Source: an uncultured Chitinophagaceae bacterium (GTDB lineage Bacteria > Bacteroidota > Bacteroidia > Chitinophagales > Chitinophagaceae). From it: a DNA stretch of 64,000 nt. The notes under the pieces were generated by a model. It searched no databases, had not been told where the DNA came from, and worked only from the letters and a program-made list of their open reading frames with translations. Position numbers and translations under genes: made by a program. Shown piece after piece: positions 15,986-27,453 of this stretch. Every line of letters begins with the position of its first letter. Within the stretch, counting starts at the first letter, position 1. The stretch lies in contig CAZSFY010000021.1 in the NCBI GenBank assembly GCA_964606315.1, forward strand, positions 1,194-65,193, written 5' to 3'.

Positions 15986-16333
15986 TTACAAAATATTATG
16001 GGTTTCAAAATAAAGCAAGGCATGGTCCTTCAGGAAGTTTTCCTGTTCGATCATATTGAGCTCGGGCAATTGTTTTAACTGGTTGAAATGCGGCCATCCA
16101 TCCTGGTCATAACCGGAAATTTCATAATAGCCGCTTTGCGCCAGTAAGGAACAAACAGCAATATGCATAAGATCCTGTTTTTGTTCTTTGGTAAACTTAT
16201 CTTTTATATGCCCAAACTCCTGTATGCCTATAAGAAATAATATCCCTTCGAGATCCGGTTTCTTACCAAAACGTTCAAGCATTTTTGCTTCCAGCTTCCA
16301 CCACCTCGACTGTAAATCATCACTTGTGTACAT
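15986..16333 (-). CDS. Hypothetical protein
   Basis: 115-aa ORF tightly packed upstream of gcvH on the same strand. No recognisable motif. Confidence 0.5.
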   Translation of the reverse strand: MYTSDDLQSRWWKLEAKMLERFGKKPDLEGILFLIGIQEFGHIKDKFTKEQKQDLMHIAVCSLLAQSGYYEISGYDQDGWPHFNQLKQLPELNMIEQENFLKDHALLYFETHNIL

Positions 16334-16378
16334 ACGGCAAAGATAACTAACCGGAGATCATGTTAGGTTGAGGATATA

Positions 16379-16386
16379 TATCTTTG
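16379..16386 (+). promoter_or_regulatory. -7 promoter box (TATCTTTG) for serS
   Basis: Exact TAnnTTTG match 19 nt upstream of the serS ATG. Confidence 0.5.
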
Positions 16387-16405
16387 CGGCAAATTATATT
16401 TCTCA

Positions 16406-17680
16406 ATGCTACAGCTAAGCGTGATCAGGCAGGATGCCGCCAGGGTAAAAGAGCGACTCTCTTTTAAACACTTTAAAGAAGTGGAACTGGTGGACGAGAT
16501 CATCTCCCTGGACGATGAAAAAAGAAAATTGCAGATCGAAAGCGAGCAAATACAATCCCAGGCTAACGCTATTGCCAGGGAAATCGGCAAGTTAATGTCT
16601 ACCGGAAAACGTGATGAAGCATCAGCAAAAAAACAGGAAGCTGAAGCATTGAATGCGAAAGTTAAACCTATCAAAGAAAAGCTGACCGCCATAGAAGGCC
16701 AGTTACAAGAACTGCTTGTAAAACTCCCTAACATTCCTTCAGAAAAAGTACCTGTGGGCAAAACTGCAGAAGAGAATGTTGTCGTCCGCGAAGGAGGCAC
16801 AAAGCCTGTTTTATCAAAAGACGCCGTACCTCATTGGGAACTGATCAAACAATACGATATTATCGATTTTGAAACGGGATCAAAAATAACGGGAAGAGGT
16901 TTTCCTCTTTATAAAGGAAAAGGGGCAAAACTCCAACGTTCTCTTATCCAGTATTTCCTGGACTTTAATACTGCCGCCGGCTACACGGAATATATTCCCC
17001 CTTTCCTGGTCAACGAAGCATCGGCATACGGGACCGGCTCACTACCGGACAAAGAAGGCCAGATGTACTATATGCCGGAAGATGATTTCTACCTGATACC
17101 TACATCGGAAGTGCCTGTTACTAACATTTATAGGGACGATATTTTAAAAGAAAGTCAGTTGCCTATAAGGATGACGGCTTATTCACCCTGTTTTCGCCGT
17201 GAAGCTGGCAGCTTTGGAGCTGATGTACGCGGACTAAACCGTCTCCACCAATTTGAAAAAGTCGAAATAGTACAGTTGGTGGAGCCTTCAAAGAGCTATA
17301 CCGCTCATGAGGAAATGGTGGCTCACGTGGAAAAACTTGTTATCTCACTGGGGTTGCCCTATCGCATTCTCGCTTTATGCGGTGGAGATATGAGTTTTGC
17401 TTCTGCATTGACTTACGATTTTGAAGTGTACAGCAGTGCGCAGGCAAAATGGCTGGAAGTAAGTTCTGTGTCAAACTTCGAAGCGTTCCAGACGAATAGA
17501 ATGAAAATAAGGTATAAGAATGCTGAAGGTAAAACCCAGCTTACCCATTCGCTGAATGGCAGCTCCTTGGCCTTACCCCGTATTTTAGCTTCAATACTGG
17601 AGAATAACCAAACGGAGCAAGGCATCATGATACCTGCTCCGTTGCAAAAATATTTTGGAGAAGAAATTCTGGTTAGATAA
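16406..17680 (+). CDS. serS: Serine--tRNA ligase
   Basis: 424 aa with an N-terminal coiled-coil arm and class II core motifs (FRREAGSFGADVRGLNRLHQFEKVE, GSSLALPRILASILE). Confidence 0.97.
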   Translation: MLQLSVIRQDAARVKERLSFKHFKEVELVDEIISLDDEKRKLQIESEQIQSQANAIAREIGKLMSTGKRDEASAKKQEAEALNAKVKPIKEKLTAIEGQLQELLVKLPNIPSEKVPVGKTAEENVVVREGGTKPVLSKDAVPHWELIKQYDIIDFETGSKITGRGFPLYKGKGAKLQRSLIQYFLDFNTAAGYTEYIPPFLVNEASAYGTGSLPDKEGQMYYMPEDDFYLIPTSEVPVTNIYRDDILKESQLPIRMTAYSPCFRREAGSFGADVRGLNRLHQFEKVEIVQLVEPSKSYTAHEEMVAHVEKLVISLGLPYRILALCGGDMSFASALTYDFEVYSSAQAKWLEVSSVSNFEAFQTNRMKIRYKNAEGKTQLTHSLNGSSLALPRILASILENNQTEQGIMIPAPLQKYFGEEILVR

Positions 17681-17695
17681 TCGTCGCAGCGTTTC

Positions 17696-17899
17696 TTACC
17701 ATCCCTGTTTGGCTATACCTGCTTTAATAGCATCAAGCGCTTTTTGCTCGCCAAGAAGCGTAGTAAGCTTATTTCCTTTTCCGTCATTACCCTGTGCCAT
17801 ATAAGAACCCTTGGCTGTTTTGGTAATTACAGCATCTTTAATAGGAACGTTTTTTTCTTTAGTCTTTACATTATAAGCTGTAAGTGTTATTTCAGACAT
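17696..17899 (-). CDS. Small basic hypothetical protein (67 aa)
   Basis: ATG at 17897-17899 with its own -7 box 55 nt upstream. Lys/Gly-rich sequence MSEITLTAYNVKTKEKNVPIKDAVITKTAKGSYMAQGNDGKGNKLTTLLGEQKALDAIKAGIAKQGW. Confidence 0.6.
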   Translation of the reverse strand: MSEITLTAYNVKTKEKNVPIKDAVITKTAKGSYMAQGNDGKGNKLTTLLGEQKALDAIKAGIAKQGW

Positions 17900-17954
17900 A
17901 GCTCTTCAGTTTTTTAGTTGGTTAGTGCTTAAAGATAGGGATATTTGAATATTA

Positions 17955-17962
17955 CAAAATTA
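17955..17962 (-). promoter_or_regulatory. -7 promoter box (TAATTTTG) for the 67-aa gene
   Basis: Exact TAnnTTTG match on the minus strand. Confidence 0.45.
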
Positions 17963-18039
17963 AATTTTCACCCTATCGGGCGCCGATGTGTATTAAAATT
18001 CCGATATACATATAAGATTATAAATCAATATATCGTTCA

Positions 18040-20118
<2,079 letters not shown>

Positions 20119-20190
20119 TCAATTTTATGACTTTAAACGGGGTATTTATCCCTGTTAAAAACAAAAAAAATTGCAGTGGCTATAATCGGT

Positions 20191-20198
20191 TAAATTTG
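20191..20198 (+). promoter_or_regulatory. -7 promoter box (TAAATTTG) with -33 TTG at 20171-20173; implies a leaderless mRNA
   Basis: Exact TAnnTTTG match ending 4 nt before the ATG at 20203. A TTG lies 17 nt upstream of the box. Confidence 0.5.
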
Positions 20199-20202
20199 AG
20201 CT

Positions 20203-20784
20203 ATGAACAGGACGCTTTCACAGATATCTATCGATTTTTCAGCACCGCCAGAGGAGAATCCTGCTCCTTCGGACCAGTCGCCTGTAACTGATACCGCAAT
20301 AGTCGAAAATGATAAAACCGACATTACCGCTGATGAAGCTGAAACGGCCGAACCTGTTGTTACTTTCACACCTATAGAAAAAAAGAAAGGCAGCACGGGA
20401 AGGGGTAGGAAATCACAGAAAACATTTGCTGCAGAAGCAGATCTCGTAGAAGTACCTGAAGACGATATTCTCTTTCAAAAACAGTATTATGGTATAGGCG
20501 AAGTGTCGCAAATGTTTAAAGTGAACGCTTCTTTACTGAGATTCTGGGAATCGGAATTTGATATCCTTAAACCCCGCAAAAATAGAAAAGGTGACCGCCT
20601 GTTCCGGCCGGTAGATATAAAGAACCTCCAGTTAATATATGATCTGCTTAGGAGACGAAAACTGACTATTGACGGGGCTAAGGACTTCTTAAAAAACAAT
20701 AAGAAGTCGCAGGAAAAATTCGAGATGATACAATCGCTGAAAAAAATCAGAAATTTTCTCCTTGAAATAAAGGCATCTCTGTAA
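20203..20784 (+). CDS. MerR family transcriptional regulator with an acidic, low-complexity N-terminal region
   Basis: 193 aa. The MerR-type HTH is YYGIGEVSQMFKVNASLLRFWESEFDILKPRKNRKGDRLFRPVDIKNLQLIYDLL. Confidence 0.8.
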   Translation: MNRTLSQISIDFSAPPEENPAPSDQSPVTDTAIVENDKTDITADEAETAEPVVTFTPIEKKKGSTGRGRKSQKTFAAEADLVEVPEDDILFQKQYYGIGEVSQMFKVNASLLRFWESEFDILKPRKNRKGDRLFRPVDIKNLQLIYDLLRRRKLTIDGAKDFLKNNKKSQEKFEMIQSLKKIRNFLLEIKASL

Positions 20785-20820
20785 TTGTTTGTTTATACCC
20801 TGCGTATGGACGACCTCTTG

Positions 20821-21909
20821 CTATGATTCCTTTTGCGCTTCTTTATCTTTTGAAGACAGTTTAATTCCCATACCATTCATCAGCTCAATGATTTCAAGAT
20901 TAACTGACTGACGCACTTCATTGAAGTCGGCAACGGGAATAGTAGCAGTAAAAAATTCGACAGTAATGACATAAGAGTTCTTAACAATATCCGCAAGAAA
21001 AACAGTGTAATTTTCTATCTTATCTTTTTTACTGTTCAGTAATTGTTCAATAGCCGCTACAAGCTGATGCAATGTTTCTTTAGGCGTTTCATTACTAATA
21101 TCTAATTGTACAAATGCCCTTCGCTGGGTTTGCAAACTAAGGTTATCCGTTATACTGTCTACCATTTGTTTGTTGGGAACAGTCACATAAGTTTTTTGCG
21201 TGGTTCTTAAGCGGGTACTTCTTAATCCTATCCTTTCAACAGTACCGGTAATATTATGCACTTTAATCAGGTCGCCGGTAGTAAAAGGTTTATCGAAAAA
21301 AATAATAAATGAGGCGATAAGATTTTCTATACTTTCTCTTGTAGCCAGGGCAACGGCAGCACCGGCAAGACTTAAGCCGGTAATAAGACTGGATATCTTA
21401 AAACTAAAACCAAATTTCAGTACCATGAGTACACCTACAATAACGAGAATGACCTTAAAAAAATCTTTGAAGAAAAGAACTAACTGATTGTCGGATTGAG
21501 ACTCTGTCACACTGGCTTTACGGCTAAGTATCAGCGCAATAAAATCAATGATCCTTAGCAACAACCAGATAAATGAAATGATGATCACACTGATTGCCAC
21601 AATTTCAATCATCCTGTGCAGACTCACTTTATAGACCGTCACGTCGAGTATGGAAGGATACCTTAATTTCTCAAGCGCAATAATCACCACCATGGTAACT
21701 ACAAAATTCTCCAATGGGGGGACAACGAGATTGACAAAGCTTTTTTTGTCTATACCTTTAACCAGTCTTCTTACGATCCTGAAAACAAAGCTGGCAATCA
21801 ATCTTGAAATATAACGCTGTAAGGAAATAACAAGCAGGATAACTCCTATAATAAGGATATAATGACCCAGAGGATTATCTAATACAACAATATCAAAAAG
21901 GTTACGCAT
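20821..21909 (-). CDS. Mechanosensitive ion channel (MscS) family protein
   Basis: 362 aa with N-terminal TM helices and an MscS beta-domain motif (FDKPFTTGDLIKVHNITGTVERIGLRSTRLRT). Confidence 0.88.
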   Translation of the reverse strand: MRNLFDIVVLDNPLGHYILIIGVILLVISLQRYISRLIASFVFRIVRRLVKGIDKKSFVNLVVPPLENFVVTMVVIIALEKLRYPSILDVTVYKVSLHRMIEIVAISVIIISFIWLLLRIIDFIALILSRKASVTESQSDNQLVLFFKDFFKVILVIVGVLMVLKFGFSFKISSLITGLSLAGAAVALATRESIENLIASFIIFFDKPFTTGDLIKVHNITGTVERIGLRSTRLRTTQKTYVTVPNKQMVDSITDNLSLQTQRRAFVQLDISNETPKETLHQLVAAIEQLLNSKKDKIENYTVFLADIVKNSYVITVEFFTATIPVADFNEVRQSVNLEIIELMNGMGIKLSSKDKEAQKES

Positions 21910-22715
21910 CAGTTATACGAATATACCATAATAGAGCCTTCCTTCAACAGATACACGAAGCCTGCTGCTATAATAATTTTTTGCGCATCATTCATAAAAG
22001 CAGGTACGGGTATTTGTCTGAGTTCTACACTCCCTTTATCATAACGAAACAGGAACTTTTCATTTCTTCCGAAAAGCGTATTGTTTACTACATTAAAATC
22101 GCGCCAACCGGTAAAAGGAATAGTATTCTGAAAGCCTCCATAATAATCAAATATGTACACTCCTTTTAACGGATCATATAAATAAACAAGCTTATCATGA
22201 TCAATAATATAGTCAGGAGCAGGAGCGGCATCGAATACAAGCCTAAAATCAACCGACTGATCAACAATCCTTCCGTCGTCGCTTATTTTTTTTAGTTTAC
22301 TTTCCAGCTCATCAAATATCCAGATATTATTATCGTATGCCTGGCCAATAGCTCTTATCTGTAATAAATTCAGGCGGCGAAAATCAAGTACGGAACGTTG
22401 GTTAAGGAAACGGTCGAGGATGACTGTAGTGCCAAAGTCTTTATAATACAGCAAAACTTTAAGAGGGTTGCTCACATCGATGGAATGCAGCTTACCGAAT
22501 CTTCTGACATTATTAAATACAGCAAGGGAATCACCATTAGAGCGGATCTTTTTGAGCTGGCCATTTTGATATAGAAGATAAATATTCCCAAGATTATCAA
22601 CAGTAAAATCGGTGATATTTCCCTCGTGCCTGGCAACAAGATTGAACAGGCTGTCGCTTTGAGCAAAGCTGTTCACAGATACGGAAAGCAATAATATGAT
22701 CAGCCATTTACTCAT
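21909..22715 (-). CDS. Hypothetical secreted protein
   Basis: 268 aa with a signal peptide (MSKWLIILLLSVSVNSFA). Beta-rich repetitive sequence. Overlaps its neighbours by 1-4 nt, which suggests an operon. Confidence 0.6.
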   Translation of the reverse strand: MSKWLIILLLSVSVNSFAQSDSLFNLVARHEGNITDFTVDNLGNIYLLYQNGQLKKIRSNGDSLAVFNNVRRFGKLHSIDVSNPLKVLLYYKDFGTTVILDRFLNQRSVLDFRRLNLLQIRAIGQAYDNNIWIFDELESKLKKISDDGRIVDQSVDFRLVFDAAPAPDYIIDHDKLVYLYDPLKGVYIFDYYGGFQNTIPFTGWRDFNVVNNTLFGRNEKFLFRYDKGSVELRQIPVPAFMNDAQKIIIAAGFVYLLKEGSIMVYSYN

Positions 22716-23488
22716 TGCCTGACAATCCTGGAATTATTTTGGGGATAACGTGATTGCAGTGTAAGTTGTTGTCCATCAAAAACAGCGTAGGTAAAATATT
22801 GTATCCAGTCGCCCAGGTTGATATACCTGCTATCATTGCCTAATTGAAAATCGATAGGAAGATGGCGGTGTCCAAATATCAAATAATCAAAATGTTCCTT
22901 TTCCAGCACCTCTTTACAATAGGTGATCAGCCATTCGTTCTCTTCTCCCAGGAATACTTCTTCATGTTTGCCGGTTGCTTCGCGGCTTTTTCTACTGAAA
23001 TAATTGGCGATACCCATACCGATATAGGGAGGTAAAATACCAAACAACCACTGGTAAAAAGGATTCCTGAAAACCTTTTTAAGCATTTTATAACCACGGT
23101 CACCCGGACCGAGCCCATCGCCATGTGCCACATAAAATTTCTTTCCGGAGAAATTGAAAATCTGTGGTTCAAAATACAGGCGGACATTTAATTCCTTCTG
23201 CAGATAATCTTTCATCCACATATCATGATTACCCACGAAAAAATAAATAGTGATACCCGAGTCGGTAAGCTCGGCAAGTTTACCCAATAAACGGGTATAT
23301 CCTTTAGGAACTACTTTTTTGTATTCATACCAGAAATCAAACATATCGCCCACAATAAATATCGTTGAAGCATCGTGTCGTATCTCTTCAAGAAATTCAA
23401 CAATTAATTTTTCGCGCACCAGGCTATCCTGGGGATTAGGCGCCCCCAAATGAAAATCGGACAGGAAATAAATTTTTTTATTGGTCAT
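22712..23488 (-). CDS. lpxH: UDP-2,3-diacylglucosamine diphosphatase
   Basis: 258 aa with calcineurin-like metallophosphoesterase motifs (FLSDFHLG, VGDMFDFW, GNHD, AHGD, GHRH). Confidence 0.9.
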   Translation of the reverse strand: MTNKKIYFLSDFHLGAPNPQDSLVREKLIVEFLEEIRHDASTIFIVGDMFDFWYEYKKVVPKGYTRLLGKLAELTDSGITIYFFVGNHDMWMKDYLQKELNVRLYFEPQIFNFSGKKFYVAHGDGLGPGDRGYKMLKKVFRNPFYQWLFGILPPYIGMGIANYFSRKSREATGKHEEVFLGEENEWLITYCKEVLEKEHFDYLIFGHRHLPIDFQLGNDSRYINLGDWIQYFTYAVFDGQQLTLQSRYPQNNSRIVRQ

Positions 23489-24116
23489 TTTGGTCGATCA
23501 AAAATACATATACTTCTTTAGGACCATGAATACCTACTACCAGTGTTTTTTCAATATCGGCCGTACGGCTTGGTCCTGTAGCAAAAGTTACCAATGAAGG
23601 TATGTTGCCTGCATATTTTTCTTTGATGAGTTGCAGTCCGTCTTTTACATCATATACCAACTGGTGCGTATAGGCAATGCAGATATGTACAGGCGCATAT
23701 ACGCTGGTTGTTCTGCCGCTTTGCTGTGCCGCACTCATCATAAGAGAACCAGTACGGGCAATAAGCGCTTCGCAGGTGGTGATCGCAACATCACATCCGG
23801 GAAGATCTTTATCATTAGTTGCTACGCCGGTTAACAATTGCTTTAATCCGTCTTCTTTTACATATACATTCTTCCATTCGTTATGAGCGATAAGCGCTTT
23901 CAATTGCTCCAGCATTTCTATTTCATCGGCACAATACACAAATTTACCCAACAGCTTTGTGAACTGTTCACCGAACTCTATTTCCAGTTCCTGCTGTGCC
24001 GGCACAAAAAGAGATTGCGTGCCCTCACTTCCCGGAAAAGGAAGAGGCGTTGATTGAGTCAACGCCTTTCTTATTTTCTTTAATATATTTTCTTTTGCTG
24101 TAGAAACATTCATCAC
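23478..24116 (-). CDS. LUD domain protein (LutC/YkgG-like)
   Basis: 212 aa. Length and sequence pattern fit stand-alone LutC-family proteins. No lutA or lutB is nearby. Confidence 0.65.
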   Translation of the reverse strand: MMNVSTAKENILKKIRKALTQSTPLPFPGSEGTQSLFVPAQQELEIEFGEQFTKLLGKFVYCADEIEMLEQLKALIAHNEWKNVYVKEDGLKQLLTGVATNDKDLPGCDVAITTCEALIARTGSLMMSAAQQSGRTTSVYAPVHICIAYTHQLVYDVKDGLQLIKEKYAGNIPSLVTFATGPSRTADIEKTLVVGIHGPKEVYVFLIDQNDQ

Positions 24117-26197
24117 GATTCAGTTGCAGGATGATTGGTTATGTTCCCGTCATAAGGTGGAACACCTTCGCTGATAGTGCCCGGTTCTGAATGATGACCA
24201 TTTTCGTCAACTTCAATGGTTTTTGTTTCTTTGAACGGACGCTTGCCAATCAATTTTTCAACGTCACTCTGAAATAATACTTCTTTTACAAGTAATTCTT
24301 CAGCCAGTTTAACCACTTCTGCTTTTTTCTCTACCAGCAATGCCTTTGTTTTTTCATAGGCTTCGCTGATAAGATTTCTCACTTCCTGGTCTATCAGTTT
24401 GGATGTTTCTTCGGAATAAGGTTTGGTAAATGAATTTTCACTGGCAGGATCATAAAAACTTACGTTACCTACTTTGTCATTCATACCATATACCGTCACC
24501 ATTGAATATGCCGTACGGGTGATCTGTTGTAAATCGTTTTGTGCTCCAGTAGAAATTTTGTCGAAGAAAATTTCTTCACTTGCACGTCCACCTAAAGTCA
24601 TACAGATCTGATCCATGAGCTGATCAGTATTATACAAATATTGTTCGCGCGGAGTATATTGGGCATATCCCAATGCAGCCACGCCACGGGGGACGATAGT
24701 AACTTTCAATAAGGGATAAGCATGTTCGAGATACCATCCGCAAATCGCATGTCCCGCTTCATGATAAGCGATAATTCTTTTTTCTTCCGGTGAAATGATC
24801 TTATTCTTTTTCTCCAATCCACCGATCACCCTGTCTACCGCATCCTGGAAATCTTCCATTTCAACACCTTCCTTGCCTTTTCTTGCAGCAATAAGCGCAG
24901 CTTCATTACACACGTTAGCAATATCTGCTCCTGCAAAACCCGGTGTTTGTTCAGCGAGTTTATGGATGTCAACGGTAGAGGATGTTTTAATAGGCTTAAG
25001 GTGAACTTTAAAAATATGTTCACGCCCTTTCAGATCAGGTTTGTCGATAGATATTTGTCTGTCGAAGCGACCTGGGCGAAGCAGTGCGCTATCGAGTACA
25101 TCGGGACGGTTAGTAGCAGCCAGAACGATGATGCCGCTTTCTCCACTAAAGCCATCCATTTCAACCAGCAACTGGTTAAGGGTGCTTTCTCTTTCGTCGT
25201 TGCTCATTATCGCATTCTTACCGCGTGCCCGGCCGATAGCATCTATTTCATCGATGAATATTATACAAGGCGCTTTTTCTCTGGCTTGTTTAAAAAGATC
25301 TCTCACGCGACTCGCACCTACTCCCACGAAAAGCTCAACGAAATCTGATCCCGACATCGAGAAGAAAGGTACTTGCGCTTCCCCGGCCATAGCTTTTGCC
25401 AAAAGGGTTTTACCTGTTCCCGGAGGACCTACCAGTAATGCACCTTTCGGGATCTTACCACCAAGAGAAGTATATTTTTTAGGATTCTTAAGGAAATCTA
25501 CAATTTCCATCACTTCCACTTTAGCTTCATCCAAACCGGCAACATCAGCAAAAGTGATATTCACCTTAGTGCCCTTGTCGAATAAAGTGGCGCGTGATTT
25601 CCCAATATTAAAAATACCACCCGGACCACTACCGCCTCCGGCTCCGCCGCCCATCTTCCGCATCAGCATGATCCATATTAATACGATCACCAGTAGCGGC
25701 AAAATAAAGTTCAGCACTCCCGGAAGCCACTCACCTTCCTGGGTGATGGTAATAGGAACTGCTTTTTCGGGGTTCTTACGGGATTCTTCTTCCATACGGT
25801 TTTCCCATTCATCGGCTTTAGCCACACGAAATTCAAACTGGGGAAGATCCGCCTTGGCATTCGACCAGGCTTTATTGTTCAGCTTTTCTTTGTAATAAGT
25901 TTTTTCTAAGCTGTCTTTTTTAATGTAGACCCTTACAAGATTTTTATTGGTAACAAGAACCAGCTTAGCCACATCTCCCGTTTCCAGCATATTGGTCCGG
26001 AATTCTAATTCTGAATCCAGGGGCTGAGCACTTGGGGTAAATTGTCCGAAAAACTGAAATCCTATCAGCACAGCAAAAATGATAGCCCAAATCCAGTAAA
26101 TATTGAATTTAGGACCTTTGCGTGGTGCATTTCCGTCTTCTTTCGGTCGCATCCGTGGAAAGTTCCTGTCGGTCTGTCTAGAATCGTCTTGTGCCAT
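24113..26197 (-). CDS. ftsH: ATP-dependent zinc metalloprotease FtsH
   Basis: 694 aa. Walker A is GPPGTGKT and Walker B is IIFIDEIDA. The SRH region and the zinc motif HEAGHA are present. Confidence 0.98.
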   Translation of the reverse strand: MAQDDSRQTDRNFPRMRPKEDGNAPRKGPKFNIYWIWAIIFAVLIGFQFFGQFTPSAQPLDSELEFRTNMLETGDVAKLVLVTNKNLVRVYIKKDSLEKTYYKEKLNNKAWSNAKADLPQFEFRVAKADEWENRMEEESRKNPEKAVPITITQEGEWLPGVLNFILPLLVIVLIWIMLMRKMGGGAGGGSGPGGIFNIGKSRATLFDKGTKVNITFADVAGLDEAKVEVMEIVDFLKNPKKYTSLGGKIPKGALLVGPPGTGKTLLAKAMAGEAQVPFFSMSGSDFVELFVGVGASRVRDLFKQAREKAPCIIFIDEIDAIGRARGKNAIMSNDERESTLNQLLVEMDGFSGESGIIVLAATNRPDVLDSALLRPGRFDRQISIDKPDLKGREHIFKVHLKPIKTSSTVDIHKLAEQTPGFAGADIANVCNEAALIAARKGKEGVEMEDFQDAVDRVIGGLEKKNKIISPEEKRIIAYHEAGHAICGWYLEHAYPLLKVTIVPRGVAALGYAQYTPREQYLYNTDQLMDQICMTLGGRASEEIFFDKISTGAQNDLQQITRTAYSMVTVYGMNDKVGNVSFYDPASENSFTKPYSEETSKLIDQEVRNLISEAYEKTKALLVEKKAEVVKLAEELLVKEVLFQSDVEKLIGKRPFKETKTIEVDENGHHSEPGTISEGVPPYDGNITNHPATES

Positions 26198-26230
26198 ATA
26201 TCAATAGCTTCCGCTTATCTTTTTAGTTAA

Positions 26231-26635
26231 TTAGTTATGTTCTTCTGATTGAGCATCGCTCCACATTTCCTCGAGCTTATAAAACTTCCTCACTTCCGGT
26301 ATCATGATATGCACCACAACGTTTATATAATCTACCAGCACCCACTGGCCAGCCTGCTGACCTTCAACCTTGTAAGGAAGTTCACTTGTAGTTTGTTTGG
26401 TATGAAATTCGACAAAGTCTGCTATTGCCTTTAACTGAGTAGAAGATCCGGCTTCACAAATAATAAAGAAATCGGCTACAGCCTCAGGGATTTTTCGTAA
26501 ATCCATTGAAACAATATTTTCCCCCTTTTTTTCCTGGATTGCGGATATTATCGATTTAAAAAGTTTGGAATTTCTGGTTAATCTACCTGCACTCGATCTT
26601 TTGCGACGGGTTGTTAAAATTGACAATTGTTCCAA
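26231..26635 (-). CDS. rsfS: Ribosome silencing factor RsfS
   Basis: RsfS/iojap pattern (IVSMDLRKIPEAVADFFIICEAGSSTQLKAIADFV...WVLVDYINVVVHIM). The track start is a TTG, so the true start is uncertain (another TTG at 26626). Confidence 0.85.
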   Translation of the reverse strand: MEQLSILTTRRKRSSAGRLTRNSKLFKSIISAIQEKKGENIVSMDLRKIPEAVADFFIICEAGSSTQLKAIADFVEFHTKQTTSELPYKVEGQQAGQWVLVDYINVVVHIMIPEVRKFYKLEEMWSDAQSEEHN

Positions 26636-26661
26636 TAATCAAAACATTTTTTGTGAATGAA

Positions 26662-26669
26662 TATATTTG
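26662..26669 (+). promoter_or_regulatory. -7 promoter box (TATATTTG) for birA
   Basis: Exact TAnnTTTG match lying inside the longest-ORF extension of birA. The first in-frame start after it is the TTG at 26701. Confidence 0.4.
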
Positions 26670-26700
26670 GGGTCATATTAATAAATCCAAAAATAGGCAT

Positions 26701-27453
26701 TTGTTCGCACAAACTTCAGATCATCATAGCTCCCGTAGACCTTTTATTATTTTATCCACTACGGGAAGTACCAACAACTATGCCATGGCAAAGTTGCATG
26801 CCGGAATGCTAGTCGAGAACACTGGTATTATGGCAATAGAACAAACAGCGGGAAAAGGTCAGCGTGGACGACAATGGCTCGCTCCCGCAGGGCAAAATAT
26901 AACATTGACCACTGTCCTTCAGCCACCTTTATATGAACAATTTGCCTATGCAGCCGGTATGGCGCTAGGTTGTTATGATTTTATTAAAGCTTTTGGTGTT
27001 GAAGATCTGTCTGTAAAATGGCCGAATGATATTTATATCGGTGACAGAAAGGCAGCCGGTATGTTGATTGAAAACAAATTCAATAGTAAGCTGTGGGAAT
27101 GGTCGCTGGTAGGGGTAGGCATTAACCTTAATCAGCGGGATTTTCCTGAACTTCATAACAGAGCGACATCTCTTTCGCTGGTTACCGGCAAAACCTATCC
27201 GCTTATTCAATCGGCCAGAAAACTTCATGAACATCTTTGTCGCCGGAACGAATGGATGAAGCAAACAGCATCTTCGGCAATTCTGGAAGAATATAATGCC
27301 AGACTCTTTCGGAGAAATCTTCCCGTAAAACTCAAAAAAGACGCTGCGGTATTTACCACAACTATCAAACATGTATCACCAGAAGGATTGCTGGTCACCC
27401 ATGATACTATGGAGAGACATTTTAGAGTGGGTGAAGTAGAGTTTATCTTGTAA
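26701..27453 (+). CDS. birA: Biotin--[acetyl-CoA-carboxylase] ligase
   Basis: BPL motifs are present (STNNYA, EQTAGKGQRGRQWLAP, KWPNDIY). The track start 26611 (TTG) would overlap divergent rsfS and precede the -7 box. I propose the TTG at 26701; the start remains uncertain. Confidence 0.85.
   Translation: MFAQTSDHHSSRRPFIILSTTGSTNNYAMAKLHAGMLVENTGIMAIEQTAGKGQRGRQWLAPAGQNITLTTVLQPPLYEQFAYAAGMALGCYDFIKAFGVEDLSVKWPNDIYIGDRKAAGMLIENKFNSKLWEWSLVGVGINLNQRDFPELHNRATSLSLVTGKTYPLIQSARKLHEHLCRRNEWMKQTASSAILEEYNARLFRRNLPVKLKKDAAVFTTTIKHVSPEGLLVTHDTMERHFRVGEVEFIL

Noticed and set aside
16363-16800. 145-aa minus-strand ORF overlapping the 5' part of serS.
   Set aside because: Ser/Cys-rich, low-complexity translation that overlaps the serS promoter and coding region. 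Most likely a frame artefact.
25041-25895. 284-aa ORF on the plus strand, antisense to ftsH.
   Set aside because: It is fully embedded antisense in a highly conserved gene. The composition is low-complexity and Ser/Pro/Ala-rich, typical of frame-shadow ORFs. There is no promoter box or start context.
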